A stretch of DNA of 64,000 bases from Eledone cirrhosa (GCA_964016885.1 OZ024740.1:38502001-38566000); one strand, 5' to 3'; positions 1 to 15,232 are shown, counted from the first letter of the stretch. A program made the numbers and translations. Notes: a model not told the origin generated them from the sequence alone.

Positions 1-2119
1 CATCTTATGGTGCACCTAATTACATCTCACAGTGCACCTAGATACATCTTATGGTGCACCTAATTACATCTTATAGTACACCTAATTACATCTCAGTGTA
101 CCTAGCTATATCTTATAGTGCACCTAATTACATTTCACAGAGTACCTAGCTATATCTTATAGTGCACCTAATTACATCTCACAGAGTACCTAGCTATATC
201 TTATAGTGCACCTAATTACATCTCACAGTGTACCTAGCTATATCTTATAGTGCACCTAATCACATTTCACAGAGTACCTAGCTATATCTTATAGTGCACC
301 TAATTACATCTCACAGTGTCCCTAGCTATATCTTATAGTGCACCTAATTACATCTCAGTGTACCTAGCTATATCTTATAGTGCACCTAATTACATCTCAC
401 AGTGTACCTAGCTATATCTTATAGTGCACCTAATTACATCTCACAGTATACCTAGCTATATCTTATAGTGCACCTAATTACATCTCACAGTATACCTAGC
501 TATATCTTATAGTGCAATTAAGTACATCTCACAGTGTACCTAGCTATATCTTATAGTGCTCCTAATTACATCTCACAGTGTACCTAGCTATATCTTATAG
601 TGCAATTAAGTACATCTCACAGTGTACCTAGCTATATCTTATAGTGCACCTAATTACATCTCACAGTGTACCTAGCTATATCTTATAGTGCAATTAAGTA
701 CATCTCACAGTGTACCTAGCTATATCTTATAGTGCACCTAATTACATCTCACAGTATACCTACCTATATCTTATAGTGCACCTAATTACATCTCACAGTG
801 TACCTAGCTCTATCTTATAGTACACCTAATTACATCTCACAGTGTACCTAGCTATATCTTATAGTACACCTAATTACATCTCACAGTGTACCTAGCTATA
901 TCTTATAGTGCACCTAATTACATCTCACAGTGTACCTAGCTATATCTTATAGTGCACCTAATTACATCTCACAGTGTACCTAGCTATATCTTATAGTGCA
1001 CCTAATTACATCTCACAGCGTACCTAGCTATATCTTATAGTGCACCTAATTATATCTCACAGTGTACCTAGCTATATCTTATAGTGCACCTAATTACATC
1101 TCACGGTGTACCTAGCTATATCTTATAGTGCACCTAATTACATCGCACAAAACACCTAGCTATATCTTATAGTGTACCTAATTACATCTCACAGTGTACC
1201 TAGCTATATCTTATAGTGCACCTAATTACATCTCACAGTGTACCTAGCAATATCTTATAGTGCAGCTAATTACATCTCACAGTACACCTAGCTATATCTT
1301 ATAGTGCACCTAGTTACATCTTAAGGTACACCTAATTACATCTCACAGTGCACCTAGTTACATCTTATGGTGTACCTAATTACATCTCACAGTGCACCTA
1401 GTTACATATTATAGAGCACCTAGTTACATTTTATGGTGCACCTAATTACATCTCTCAGTGCACCTAGTTACATCTTATGGTGCACCTAATTACATCTCAC
1501 GGTGCACCTAGTTACATCTTATGGTGCACCTAATTACATCTCACAGTACACCTAGCTACATCTTATGGTGCACCTAGTTACATCTTATGGTACACCTAGT
1601 TACATCTTATGGCGCACCTAGATACATCTTATGGCGCACCTAGATACATCTTATGGTGCACCTAATTACATCTTATAGTACACCTAATTACATCTCAGTG
1701 TACCTAGCTATATCTTATAGTGCACCTAATTACATCTCACAGTGTACCTAGCTATATCTTACAGTGCACCTAATTGCATCTCACAGTGTACCTAGCTATA
1801 TCTTATAGTGCACCTAATTACATTTCACAGAGTACTTAGCTATATCTTGTAGTGCACCTAATTACATTTCACAGAGTACCTAGCTATATCTTATAGTGCA
1901 CCTAATTACATTTCACAGTGTACCTAGCTATATCTTATAGTGCACCTAATTACATCTCACAGTATACCTAGCTATATCTTATAGTGCACCTAATTACATC
2001 TCACAGTGTACCTAGCTATATCTTATAGTGCACCTAATTACATCTCACAGTGTACCTAGCTATATCTTATAGTGCACCTAATTACATCTCACAGTGTACC
2101 TAGCTATATCTTATAGTGC

Positions 2120-5100
2120 ACCTAATTACATTTCACAGTGTACCTAGCTATATCTTATAGTGCACCTAATTACATTTCACAGAGTACCTAGCTATATCTT
2201 ATAGTGCACCTAATTACATTTCACAGCGTACCTAGCTATATCTTATAGTGCACCTAATTACATTTCACAGAGTACCTAGCTATATCTTATAGTGCACCTA
2301 ATTACATTTCACAGTGTACCTAGCTATATCTTATAGTGCACCTAATTACATCTCACAGTATACCTAGCTATATCTTATCATGCACCTAATTACATTTCAC
2401 AGAGTACCTAGCTATATCTTATAGTGCACCTAATTACATCTCACAGTGTACCTAGCTATATCTTATAGTACACCTAATTACATCTCACAGTGTACCTAGC
2501 TATAACTTATAGTGCACCTAATTACATCTCACAGTGTACCTAGCTATATCTTATAGTGCACCTAATTACATTTCACAGTGTACCTAGCTATAGCTTATAG
2601 TGCACCTAATTACATCTCACAGTGTACCTAGCTATATCTTATAGTACACCTAATTACATTTCAGAGTACCTACCTATATCTGATAGTGCACCTAATTACA
2701 TCTCACAGTGTACCTAGCTATATCTTATAGTACACCTAATTACATCTCACAGTGTACCTAGCTATAACTTATAGTGCACCTAATTACATCTCACAGTGTA
2801 CCTAGCTATATGTTATAGTGCACCTAATTACATCTCACAGTGTACCTAGCTATATCTTATAGTACACCTAATTACATCTCACAGTGTACCTAGCTATATC
2901 TTATAGTACACCTAATTACATCTCACAGTGTACCTAGCTATATCTTATAGTACACCTAATTACATCTCACAGTGTACCTAGCTATATCTTATAGTACACC
3001 TAATTACATCTCACAGTGTCCCTAGCTATATCTTACAGTGCACCTAATTACATCTCACAGTATACCTAGCTATATCTTATAGTGCACCTAATTACATCTA
3101 AATGTGTACCTAGCTATATCTTATAGTGCACCTAATTACATCTCACAGTGTACCTAGCTATATCTTCTTATGCAATTAAGTACATCTCACAGTGTAGCTA
3201 GCTATATCTTATAGTGCACCTAATTACATCTCACAGTGTACTTAGCTATATCTTATAGTGCACCTAATTACATCTCACAGTGTACCTAGCTATATCTTAT
3301 AGTGCAATTAAGTACATCTCACAGTGTACCTAGCTATATCTTATAGTGCACCTAATTACATCTCACAGTGTACCTAGCTATATCTTATAGTACACCTAAT
3401 TACATCTCACAGTGTACCAAGCTATATCTTATAGTACACCTAATTACATCTCACAGTGTACCTAGCTATATCTTATAGTACACCTAATTACATCTCACAG
3501 TGTACCTAGGTATATCTTATAGTGCACCTAATTACATCTCACAGTATACCTAGCTATATCTTATAGTGCACCTAATTACATCTCACAGTGTACCTAGCTA
3601 TATCTTATAGTACACCTAATTACATCTCACAGTGTACCTAGCTATATCTTATAGTACACCTAATTACATCTCACAGTATACCTAGCTATATCTTATAGTG
3701 CACCTAATTACATCTCACAGTGTACCTAGCTATATCTTATAGTACACCTAATTACATCTCACAGTGTACCTAGCTATATCTTATAGTACACCTAATTACA
3801 TCTCACAGTGTACCTAACTATATCTTATAGTACACCTAATTACATCTCACACTGTACCTAGCTATATCTTATAGTGCACCTAATTACATCTCACAGTGTA
3901 CCTAGCTATATCTTATAGTACACCTAATTACATCTCACAGTGTACCTAGCTATATCTTATAGTACACCTAATTACATCTCACAGTGTACCTAGCTATATC
4001 TTATAGTGCACCTAATTACATTTCACAGTGTACCTAGCTATATCTTATAGTGCACCTAATTACATCTCACAGTATACCTAGCTATATCTTATCATGCACC
4101 TAATTACATTTCACAGAGTACCTAGCTATATCTTATAGTGCACCTAATTACATCTCACAGTGTACCTAGCTATATCTTATAGTACACCTAATTACATCTC
4201 ACAGTGTACCTAGCTATAACTTATAGTGCACCTAATTACATCTCACAGTGTACCTAGCTATATCTTATAGTGCACCTAATTACATTTCACAGTGTACCTA
4301 GCTATAGCTTATAGTGCACCTAATTACATCTCACAGTGTACCTAGCTATATCTTATAGTACACCTAATTACATTTCAGAGTACCTACCTATATCTGATAG
4401 TGCACCTAATTACATCTCACAGTGTACCTAGCTATATCTTATAGTACACCTAATTACATCTCACAGTGTACCTAGCTATAACTTATAGTGCACCTAATTA
4501 CATCTCACAGTGTACCTAGCTATATGTTATAGTGCACCTAATTACATCTCACAGTGTACCTAGCTATATCTTATAGTACACCTAATTACATCTCACAGTG
4601 TACCTAGCTATATCTTATAGTACACCTAATTACATCTCACAGTGTACCTAGCTATATCTTATAGTACACCTAATTACATCTCACAGTGTACCTAGCTATA
4701 TCTTATAGTACACCTAATTACATCTCACAGTGTCCCTAGCTATATCTTACAGTGCACCTAATTACATCTCACAGTATACCTAGCTATATCTTATAGTGCA
4801 CCTAATTACATCTAAATGTGTACCTAGCTATATCTTATAGTGCACCTAATTACATCTCACAGTGTACCTAGCTATATCTTCTTATGCAATTAAGTACATC
4901 TCACAGTGTAGCTAGCTATATCTTATAGTGCACCTAATTACATCTCACAGTGTACTTAGCTATATCTTATAGTGCACCTAATTACATCTCACAGTGTACC
5001 TAGCTATATCTTATAGTGCAATTAAGTACATCTCACAGTGTACCTAGCTATATCTTATAGTGCACCTAATTACATCTCACAGTGTACCTAGCTATATCTT

Positions 5101-7870
5101 ATAGTACACCTAATTACATCTCACAGTGTACCAAGCTATATCTTATAGTACACCTAATTACATCTCACAGTGTACCTAGCTATATCTTATAGTACACCTA
5201 ATTACATCTCACAGTGTACCTAGGTATATCTTATAGTGCACCTAATTACATCTCACAGTATACCTAGCTATATCTTATAGTGCACCTAATTACATCTCAC
5301 AGTGTACCTAGCTATATCTTATAGTACACCTAATTACATCTCACAGTGTACCTAGCTATATCTTATAGTACACCTAATTACATCTCACAGTATACCTAGC
5401 TATATCTTATAGTGCACCTAATTACATCTCACAGTGTACCTAGCTATATCTTATAGTACACCTAATTACATCTCACAGTGTACCTAGCTATATCTTATAG
5501 TACACCTAATTACATCTCACAGTGTACCTAACTATATCTTATAGTACACCTAATTACATCTCACACTGTACCTAGCTATATCTTATAGTGCACCTAATTA
5601 CATCTCACAGTGTACCTAGCTATATCTTATAGTACACCTAATTACATCTCACAGTGTACCTAGCTATATCTTATAGTACACCTAATTACATCTCACAGTG
5701 TACCTAGCTATATCTTATAGTGCACCTAATTACATCTCACAGTGTACCTAGCTATATCTTAAAGTGCACCTAATTACACCTCACAGTATACCTAGCTATA
5801 TCTTATAGTACACCTAATTACATCTCACAGTGTACCTAGCTATATCTTATAGTGCACCTAATTACATTTCACAGTGTACCTAGCTATATCTTATAGTGCA
5901 CCTAATTACATTTCACAGAGTACCTAGCTATATCTTATAGTGCACCTAATTACATTTCACAGCGTACCTAGCTATATCTTATAGTGCACCTAATTACATT
6001 TCACAGAGTACCTAGCTATATCTTATAGTGCACCTAATTACATTTCACAGTGTACCTAGCTATATCTTATAGTGCACCTAATTACATCTCACAGTATACC
6101 TAGCTATATCTTATCATGCACCTAATTACATTTCACAGAGTACCTAGCTATATCTTATAGTGCACCTAATTACATCTCACAGTGTACCTAGCTATATCTT
6201 ATAGTACACCTAATTACATCTCACAGTGTACCTAGCTATAACTTATAGTGCACCTAATTACATCTCACAGTGTACCTAGCTATATCTTATAGTGCACCTA
6301 ATTACATTTCACAGTGTACCTAGCTATAGCTTATAGTGCACCTAATTACATCTCACAGTGTACCTAGCTATATCTTATAGTACACCTAATTACATTTCAG
6401 AGTACCTACCTATATCTGATAGTGCACCTAATTACATCTCACAGTGTACCTAGCTATATCTTATAGTACACCTAATTACATCTCACAGTGTACCTAGCTA
6501 TAACTTATAGTGCACCTAATTACATCTCACAGTGTACCTAGCTATATGTTATAGTGCACCTAATTACATCTCACAGTGTACCTAGCTATATCTTATAGTA
6601 CACCTAATTACATCTCACAGTGTACCTAGCTATATCTTATAGTACACCTAATTACATCTCACAGTGTACCTAGCTATATCTTATAGTACACCTAATTACA
6701 TCTCACAGTGTACCTAGCTATATCTTATAGTACACCTAATTACATCTCACAGTGTCCCTAGCTATATCTTACAGTGCACCTAATTACATCTCACAGTATA
6801 CCTAGCTATATCTTATAGTGCACCTAATTACATCTAAATGTGTACCTAGCTATATCTTATAGTGCACCTAATTACATCTCACAGTGTACCTAGCTATATC
6901 TTCTTATGCAATTAAGTACATCTCACAGTGTAGCTAGCTATATCTTATAGTGCACCTAATTACATCTCACAGTGTACTTAGCTATATCTTATAGTGCACC
7001 TAATTACATCTCACAGTGTACCTAGCTATATCTTATAGTGCAATTAAGTACATCTCACAGTGTACCTAGCTATATCTTATAGTGCACCTAATTACATCTC
7101 ACAGTGTACCTAGCTATATCTTATAGTACACCTAATTACATCTCACAGTGTACCAAGCTATATCTTATAGTACACCTAATTACATCTCACAGTGTACCTA
7201 GCTATATCTTATAGTACACCTAATTACATCTCACAGTGTACCTAGGTATATCTTATAGTGCACCTAATTACATCTCACAGTATACCTAGCTATATCTTAT
7301 AGTGCACCTAATTACATCTCACAGTGTACCTAGCTATATCTTATAGTACACCTAATTACATCTCACAGTGTACCTAGCTATATCTTATAGTACACCTAAT
7401 TACATCTCACAGTATACCTAGCTATATCTTATAGTGCACCTAATTACATCTCACAGTGTACCTAGCTATATCTTATAGTACACCTAATTACATCTCACAG
7501 TGTACCTAGCTATATCTTATAGTACACCTAATTACATCTCACAGTGTACCTAACTATATCTTATAGTACACCTAATTACATCTCACACTGTACCTAGCTA
7601 TATCTTATAGTGCACCTAATTACATCTCACAGTGTACCTAGCTATATCTTATAGTACACCTAATTACATCTCACAGTGTACCTAGCTATATCTTATAGTA
7701 CACCTAATTACATCTCACAGTGTACCTAGCTATATCTTATAGTGCACCTAATTACATCTCACAGTGTACCTAGCTATATCTTAAAGTGCACCTAATTACA
7801 CCTCACAGTATACCTAGCTATATCTTATAGTACACCTAATTACATCTCACAGTGTACCTAGCTATATCTT
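2120..7870. repeat. Three-copy ~1.7-2.0-kb higher-order duplication within satellite A
   Basis: Rare variants recur at fixed offsets of 1714 and 2022 bp: CTAAATG at 3098/4812/6834, TCATGCAC at 2378/4092/6114, and the 2-bp-deleted TCAGAGTACCTACC at 2661/4375/6397. Boundaries are approximate. Confidence 0.9.
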
Positions 7871-10800
7871 ATAGTGCACCTAATTACATCTCACAGTGTA
7901 CTTAGCTATATCTTATAGTACACCTAATTACATCTCACAGTGTACCTAACTATATCTTATAGTACACCTAATTACATCTCACAGTGTACCTAACTATATC
8001 TTATAGTGCACCTAATTACATCTCACAGTGCACTTAGCTATATCTTATAGTGCACCTAATTATATCTCACAGTGTACTTAGCTATATCTTATAGTGCACC
8101 TAATTACATCTCACAGTGCACCTAGCTATATCTTATGGTACACCTAATTACATCTTATGGTGCACCTAAATACATTTTATGGTGCACCTAGTTAGATCTT
8201 GTGGTGCACCTAAATACATCTTATTGTGCACCTAGTTACATCTTATGGTGCACCTAATTACATCTCACAGTGCACCTAGTTACATCTTACGGTGCACCTA
8301 GTTACATTTTATGGTGCACCTAATTACATCTCACAGTGCACCTAGTTACATCTTATGGTGCACCTAATAACATCTCACAGTGCACCTAGTTACATCTTAT
8401 GGTGCACCTCATTACATCTCACAGTACACCTAGTTACATCTTATGGTGCACCTAGATACATCTTATGGTGCACCTAATTACATCTTTTAGTGCACCTAAT
8501 TACATCTCACAGTGTACCTAGCTATATATTATAGTGCACCTACTTACATCTCACAGTACCCCTAGTTACATCTTATGGTGCATCTAATTACATTTCACAG
8601 AGTACCTAGCTATATCTTATAGTGCACCTAATTACATCTCACAGTACCGCTATTTACATCTTATGGTGCACCTAATTACATCTCACAGTGCACCTAGTTA
8701 CATATTATAGTACACCTAGTTACATCTTATGGTGCACCTAATTACATCTTATGGTAGACCTAGTTACATCTTATGGTGCACCTAGTTACTTCTCACAGTA
8801 CACCTAGTTACATCTTATGGTGCACCTAATTACATCTCACAGTGCACCTAGTTACATATTATAGTACACCTAGTTACATCTTATGGTGCACCTAATTACA
8901 TCTTATGGTACACCTAGTTACATCTTATGGTGCACCTAGTTACTTCTCACAGTACACCTAGTTACATCTTATGGTGTACCTAATTACATCTCACATTACA
9001 CCTAGCTACATCTTATGTTGCACCTAGATACATCTTATGGTGCACCTAGATACATCTTATGGTGCACCTAATTACATCTTATAGTACACCTAATTACATC
9101 TCAGTGTACCTAGCTATATCTTATAGTGCACCTAATTACATTTCACAGAGTACCTAGCTATATCTTATAGTGCACCTAATTACATCTCACAGAGTACCTA
9201 GCTATATCTTATAGTGCACCTAATTACATCTCACAGTGTACCTAGCTATATCTTATAGTGCACCTAATCAGATTTCACAGAGTACCTAGCTATATCTTAT
9301 AGTGCACCTAATTACATCTCACAGTGTCCCTAGCTATATCTTATAGTGCACCTAATTACATCTCAGTGTACCTAGCTATATCTTATAGTGCACCTAATTA
9401 CATCTCACAGTGTACCTAGCTATATCTTATAGTGCACCTAATTACATCTCACAGTGTCCCTAGCTATATCTTATAGTGCACCTAATTACATCTCAGTGTC
9501 CTTAGCTATATCTTATAGTGCACCTAATTACATCTCAGTGTACCTAGCTATATCTTATAGTGCACCTAATTACATCTCACAGTGTACCTAGCTATATCTT
9601 ATAGTGCACCTAATTACATCTCACAGTGTACCTAGCTATATCTTATAGTGCACCTAATTACATCTCACAGTGTACCTAGCTATATCTTTTAGTGCACCTA
9701 ATTACATCTCACAGTGTACCTAGCTATATCTTATAGTGCACCTAATTATATCTCACAGTGTACCTAGCTATATCTGATAGTGCACATAATTACATCTCAC
9801 AGTGTACCTAGCTATATCTTATAGTACACCTAATTACATCTCACAGTGTCCCTAGCTATATGTTATAGTGCACCTAATTACATCTCACAGTATACCTAGC
9901 TATATCTTATGGTGCACCTAATTACATCTCACAGTGTACCTAGCTATATCTTATAGTACACCTAATTACATCTCACAGTGTCCCTAGCTATATCTTATAG
10001 TGCACCTAATTACATCTCACAGTATACCTAGCTATATCTTATAGTGCACCTAATTACATCTCACAGTGTACCTAGCTATATCTTATAGTGCAATTAAGTA
10101 CATCTCACAGTGTACCTAGCTATATCTTATAGTGCACCTAATTACATCTCACAGTGTACCTAGCTATATCTTATAGTGCAATTAAGTACATCTAACAGTG
10201 TACCTAGCTATATCTTATAGTGCACCTAATTACATCTCACAGTATACCTAGCTATATCTTATAGTGCACCTAATTACATCTCACAGTGTACCTAGCTATA
10301 TCTTATAGTACACCTAATTACATCTCACAGTGTACCTAGCTATATCTTATAGTACACCTAATTACATCTCACAGTGTACCTAGCTATATCTTATAGTGCA
10401 CCTAATTACATCTCACAGTGTACCTAGCTATATCTTATAGTGCACCTAATTACATCTCACAGTGTACCTAGCTATATCTTATAGTGCACCTAATTACATC
10501 TCACAGTACACCTAGCTATATCTTATAGTGCACCTAATTACATCTCACAGTGTACCTAGCTATATCTTATAGTGCACCTAATTACATCTCACAGTGTACC
10601 TAGCTATATCTTATAGTGCACCTAATTACATCTAACAGTGTACCTAGCTATATCTTATAGTGCACCTAATTATATCTCAAAGTGCACCTAATTACATCTC
10701 ACAGTACACCTAGTTACATCTTATGGTGCCCCTAATTTCATCTCATAGTACACCTAGTTACATCTTATGGTGCACCTAATTACATCTCACAGTGCACCTA

Positions 10801-13590
10801 GTTACATATTATAGTACACCTAGTTACATCTTATGGTGCACCTAGTTACATCTTATGGTACACCTAATCACATCTCACAGTGCACCTAGTTACATCTTAT
10901 GGTGCACCTAGTTACATCTTATGGTGCACCTAGTTACATATTATGGTGCACCTAAATACATCTTATAGTGCACCTAATTACATTTCACAGAGTACCTAGC
11001 TATATCTTATAGTGCACCTAATTACATTTCACAGAGTACTTAGCTATATCTTATAGTGCATCTAATCACATTTCACAGAGTACCTAGCTATATCTTATAG
11101 TGCACCTAATTACATCTCACAGTATACCTAGCTATATCTTATAGTGCACCTAATTACATCTCACAGTGTACCTAGGTATATCTTATAGTGCAATTAAGTA
11201 CATCTCACAGTGTACCTAGCTATATCTTATAGTGCACCTAATTACATCTCACAGTGTACATAGCTATATCTTATAGTGCACCTAATTACATCTCACAGTG
11301 TACCTAGCTATATCTTATAGTGCAATTAAGTACATCTCACAGGGTACCTAGCTATATCTTATAGTGCTCCTAATTACATCTCACAGTGTACCTAGCTATA
11401 TCTTATAGTGCAATTAAGTACATCTCACAGTGTACCTAGCTATATCTTATAGTGCACCTAATTACATCTCACAGTGTACCTAGCTATATCTTATAGTGCA
11501 ATTAAGTACATCTCACAGTGTACCTAGCTATATCTTATAGTGCACCTAATTACATCTCACAGTGTACCTAGCTATATCTTATAGTGCAATTAAGTACATC
11601 TCACAGTGTACCTAGCTATATCTTATAGTGCACCTAATTACATCTCACAGTATACCTAGCTATATCTTATAGTGCACCTAATTACATCTCACAGTGTACC
11701 TAGCTATATCTTATAGTACACCTAATTACATCTCACAGTGTACCTAGCTATATCTTATAGTACACCTAATTACATCTCACAGTATACCTAGCTATATCTT
11801 ATAGTGCACCTAATTACATCTCACAGTGTACCTAGCTATATCTTATAGTGCACCTAATTACATCTCACAGTGTACCTAGCTATATCTTATAGTCCACCTA
11901 ATTATATCTCACAGTGTACCTAGCTATATCTTATAGTGCACTTAATTACATCTCACAGTGTACCTAGCTATATCTTATAGTGCACCTAATTACATCTCAC
12001 AGTGTACCTAGCTATATCTTATAGTGCACCTAATTACATCTAACAGTGTACCTAGCTATATCTTATAGTGCACCTAATTATATCTCAAAGTGCACCTAAT
12101 TACATCTCACAGTACACCTAGTTACATCTTATGGTGCCCCTAATTTCATCTCATAGTACTCCTAGTTACATCTTATGGTGCACCTAATCACATCTCACAG
12201 TGCACCAAGTTACATATTATGGTGCACCTAGTTACATCTTATGGTGCACCTAGATACATCTTATGGTGCACCTAATCACATCTCACAGTGCACCTAGTTA
12301 CATATTATAGTACACCTAGTTACATCTTATGGTGCACCTAGTTACATCTCATAGTACACCTAGTTACATCTTATGGTGCACCTAGTTACATCTTATGGTG
12401 CACCTAGATACATCTTATGGTGCACCTAATTACATCACACAGTACACCTAGTTACATCTTATGGTGCACCTAGATACATCTTATGGTGCACCTAGTTACA
12501 TCTTATGGTGCACCTAATTACATCTCACAGTGCACCTAGTTACATCTTATGGTGCACCTAGTTACATATCACAGTGCACCTAGTTACCTCTTATAGTGCA
12601 CCTAGTTACATCTTATGGTGCACCTAATTTCATCTCATAGTACACCTAGATACATCTTATGGTGCACCTAGATACATCTTACAATGCACCTAATTACATC
12701 TTACAATGCACCTAATTACATCTCACAGTGCACCTAGTTACATCTCATGGTGCACCTAGTTACATCTTATGGTACACCTAATTACATCTTACAGTGCACC
12801 TAATTACATCTCACAGTGCACCTAGTTACCTCTTATAGTGCACCTAGTTACATCTTATGGTGCACCTAATGACATCTCACAGTTCACCTAGTTACATATT
12901 ATAGTACACCTAGTTACATCTTATGGTACACCTAATTACATCTTACAATGCACCTAATTACATCTCACAGTGCACCTTGTTACATATTATAGTGCACCTA
13001 GTTACATCTTGTGGTGCACCTAATTACATCTCACAGTGCACCTAGTTACATCTTATGGTGCACCTAATTACATCTGACAGTGCACCTAGTTACATCTTAT
13101 GGTGCACCTAATTACATCTCACAGTGCACCTAGTTACATCTTATGGTGCACCTAATTACATCTCACAGTGCACCTAGTTACATTTTATGGTACACCTAAT
13201 TACATCTCACAGTGTACCTAGTTACATATTATGGTGCACCTAGTTACATCTCACAGTGCACCAAGTTACATCTTATTGTGTACCTAATTACATCTCACAG
13301 TGCACCTAGTTAGATCTTATGGTACACCTAGTTACATTTTATGGTACACCTAATTACATCTCACAGTGTACCTAGTTACATATTATGGTGCACCAAGTTA
13401 CATCTTATTGTGTACCTAATCACATCTCACAGTGCACCTAGTTACATCTTATGGTGCACCTAATTACATCTCACAGTACCCTAGTTACATCTTATGGTGC
13501 ACCTAGTTACATCTCACAGTATGCCTAGTTACATCTTATGGTGCACCTAATTACATCTCACAGTACAGCTAGTTACATCTTATGGTGAAC

Positions 13591-14960
13591 CTAGTTATAT
13601 CTTGCAGTGTTCTTAGTTATGTCTTGCAGTGTTCCTAGTTACATCTTGCAGTGTTCCTAGTTATATCTTGCAGTGTTCCTAGTTATATCTTGCAGTGTTC
13701 CTAGTTATATCTTGCAGTGTTCCTAGTTATATCTTGCAGTGTTCCTAGTTATATCTTGCAGTGTTCCTAGTTATGTCTTGCAGTGCACCTAGTTACATCT
13801 TGCAGTGTTCCTAGTTATATCTTGCAGTGTTCTTAGTTATGTCTTGCAGTGCACCTAGTTATATCTTGCAGTGCACCTAGTTACATCTTGCAGTGTTCCT
13901 AGTTACATCTTGCAGTGTTCTTAGTTATGTCTTGCAGTGTTCCTAGTTATGTCTTGCAGTGTTCCTAGTTATATCTTGCAGTGTTCTTAGTTATGTCTTG
14001 CAGTGCACCTAGTTATATCTTGCAGTGTTCTTAGTTATGTCTTGCAGTGTTCCTAGTTATATCTTTCAGTGTTCCTAGTTATATCTTGCAGTGTTCCTAG
14101 TTATGTCTTGCAGTGTTCCTAGTTATATCTTGCAGTGTTCTTAGTTATGTCTTGCAGTGCACCTAGTTACATCTTGCAGTGTTCCTAGTTATATCTTGCA
14201 GTGTTCCTAGTTATATCTTGCAGTGTTCTTAGTTATGTCTTGCAGTGCACCTAGTTACATCTTGCAGTGTTCCTAGTTATATCTTGCAGTGTTCTTAGTT
14301 ATGTCTTGCAGTTCACCTAGTTACATCTTGCAGTGCACCTAGTTACATCTTGCAGTGTTCCTAGTTATATCTTGCAGTGTTCTTAGTTATGTCTTGCAGT
14401 TCACCTAGTTACATCTTGCAGTGCACCTAGTTACATCTTGCAGTGTTCCTAGTTATATCTTGCAGTGTTCTTAGTTATGTCTTGCAGTGCACCTAGTTAC
14501 ATCTTGCAGTGTTCCTAGTTACATCTTGCAGTGTTCCTAGTTATATCTTGCAGTGTTCCTAGTTATGTCTTGCAGTGTTCCTAGTTATATCTTGCAGTGT
14601 TCCTAGTTATATCTTGCAGTGTTCCTAGTTATATCTTGCAGTGTTCCTAGTTATATCTTGCAGTGTTCCTAGTTATATCTTGCAGTGTTCTTAGTTATGT
14701 CTTGCAGTGCACCTAGTTACATCTTGCAGTGTTCCTAGTTATATCTTGCAGTGTTCTTAGTTATGTCTTGCAGTGTTCTTAGTTATGTCTTGCAGTGCAC
14801 CTAGTTACATCTTGCAGTGTTCCTAGTTATATCTTGCAGTGTTCTTAGTTATGTATTTCAGTGCACCTAGTTACATCTCACCGTGCACCTAGTTACATCT
14901 TGCAGTATTCTTAGTTATATCTTGCAGTACACATAGTTACATCTTGCAGTGCACCTAAGT
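13591..14960. repeat. Distinct terminal subfamily of satellite A (22-bp TATCTTGCAGTGTTCCTAGTTA)
   Basis: Abrupt switch at ~13591 to units carrying TTGCAG and GTTCC/GTTCT, in the same 22-bp register. Confidence 0.93.
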
Positions 14961-15167
14961 ACATTTTGTGGTGTACCTAAGTACATGTTGCAGTGTACCT
15001 AATTAAATCCGAGTGCACCAATGTGCCAAGTTGCACCTAATTACATCTCATTCTGCACCAGTATGCCAAGATGTACAGTCTAGGAATCATTGGACTAGGC
15101 AGAAAGACTATGTTATATGGAAGTGTGGACATGAGAATTTGTGATGTTCATGATTTTCTCTGAAACT

Positions 15168-15232
15168 TAGTGACAGAAAATCAATATTGTAAATAACAAC
15201 TAGTGATAGGAAATCAATATTGTAAATAACAC
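15168..15232. repeat. Two-copy 33-bp tandem duplication
   Basis: TAGTGACAGAAAATCAATATTGTAAATAACAAC followed by TAGTGATAGGAAATCAATATTGTAAATAACAC. Confidence 0.85.

Larger units (their letters stand above)
1..15050. repeat. Satellite A: 22-bp monomer tandem array (~680 monomers), open at the window start
   Basis: Monomers such as CATCTCACAGTGCACCTAGTTA and CATCTTATGGTGCACCTAATTA. The dominant 44-bp dimer is TATCTTATAGTGCACCTAATTA-CATCTCACAGTGTACCTAGCTA; the 44-bp period was checked (ACAG at 181 and 225). The array degenerates at ~14940-15060. Confidence 0.98.

Noticed and set aside
90-13590. Splice-like motifs in satellite A (minus-strand TAG|GT every 22 bp; plus-strand CTAAT...CACAG)
   Set aside because: The minus-strand AGGT lacks a polypyrimidine tract and a donor consensus. 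The plus-strand branch-like site is only ~12 nt from the AG and lies opposite the exon strand.
1-15050. CRISPR array or another prokaryotic repeat system
   Set aside because: Units are contiguous with no unique spacers, there are no cas genes, and the context is eukaryotic (SINEs, spliceosomal signals).
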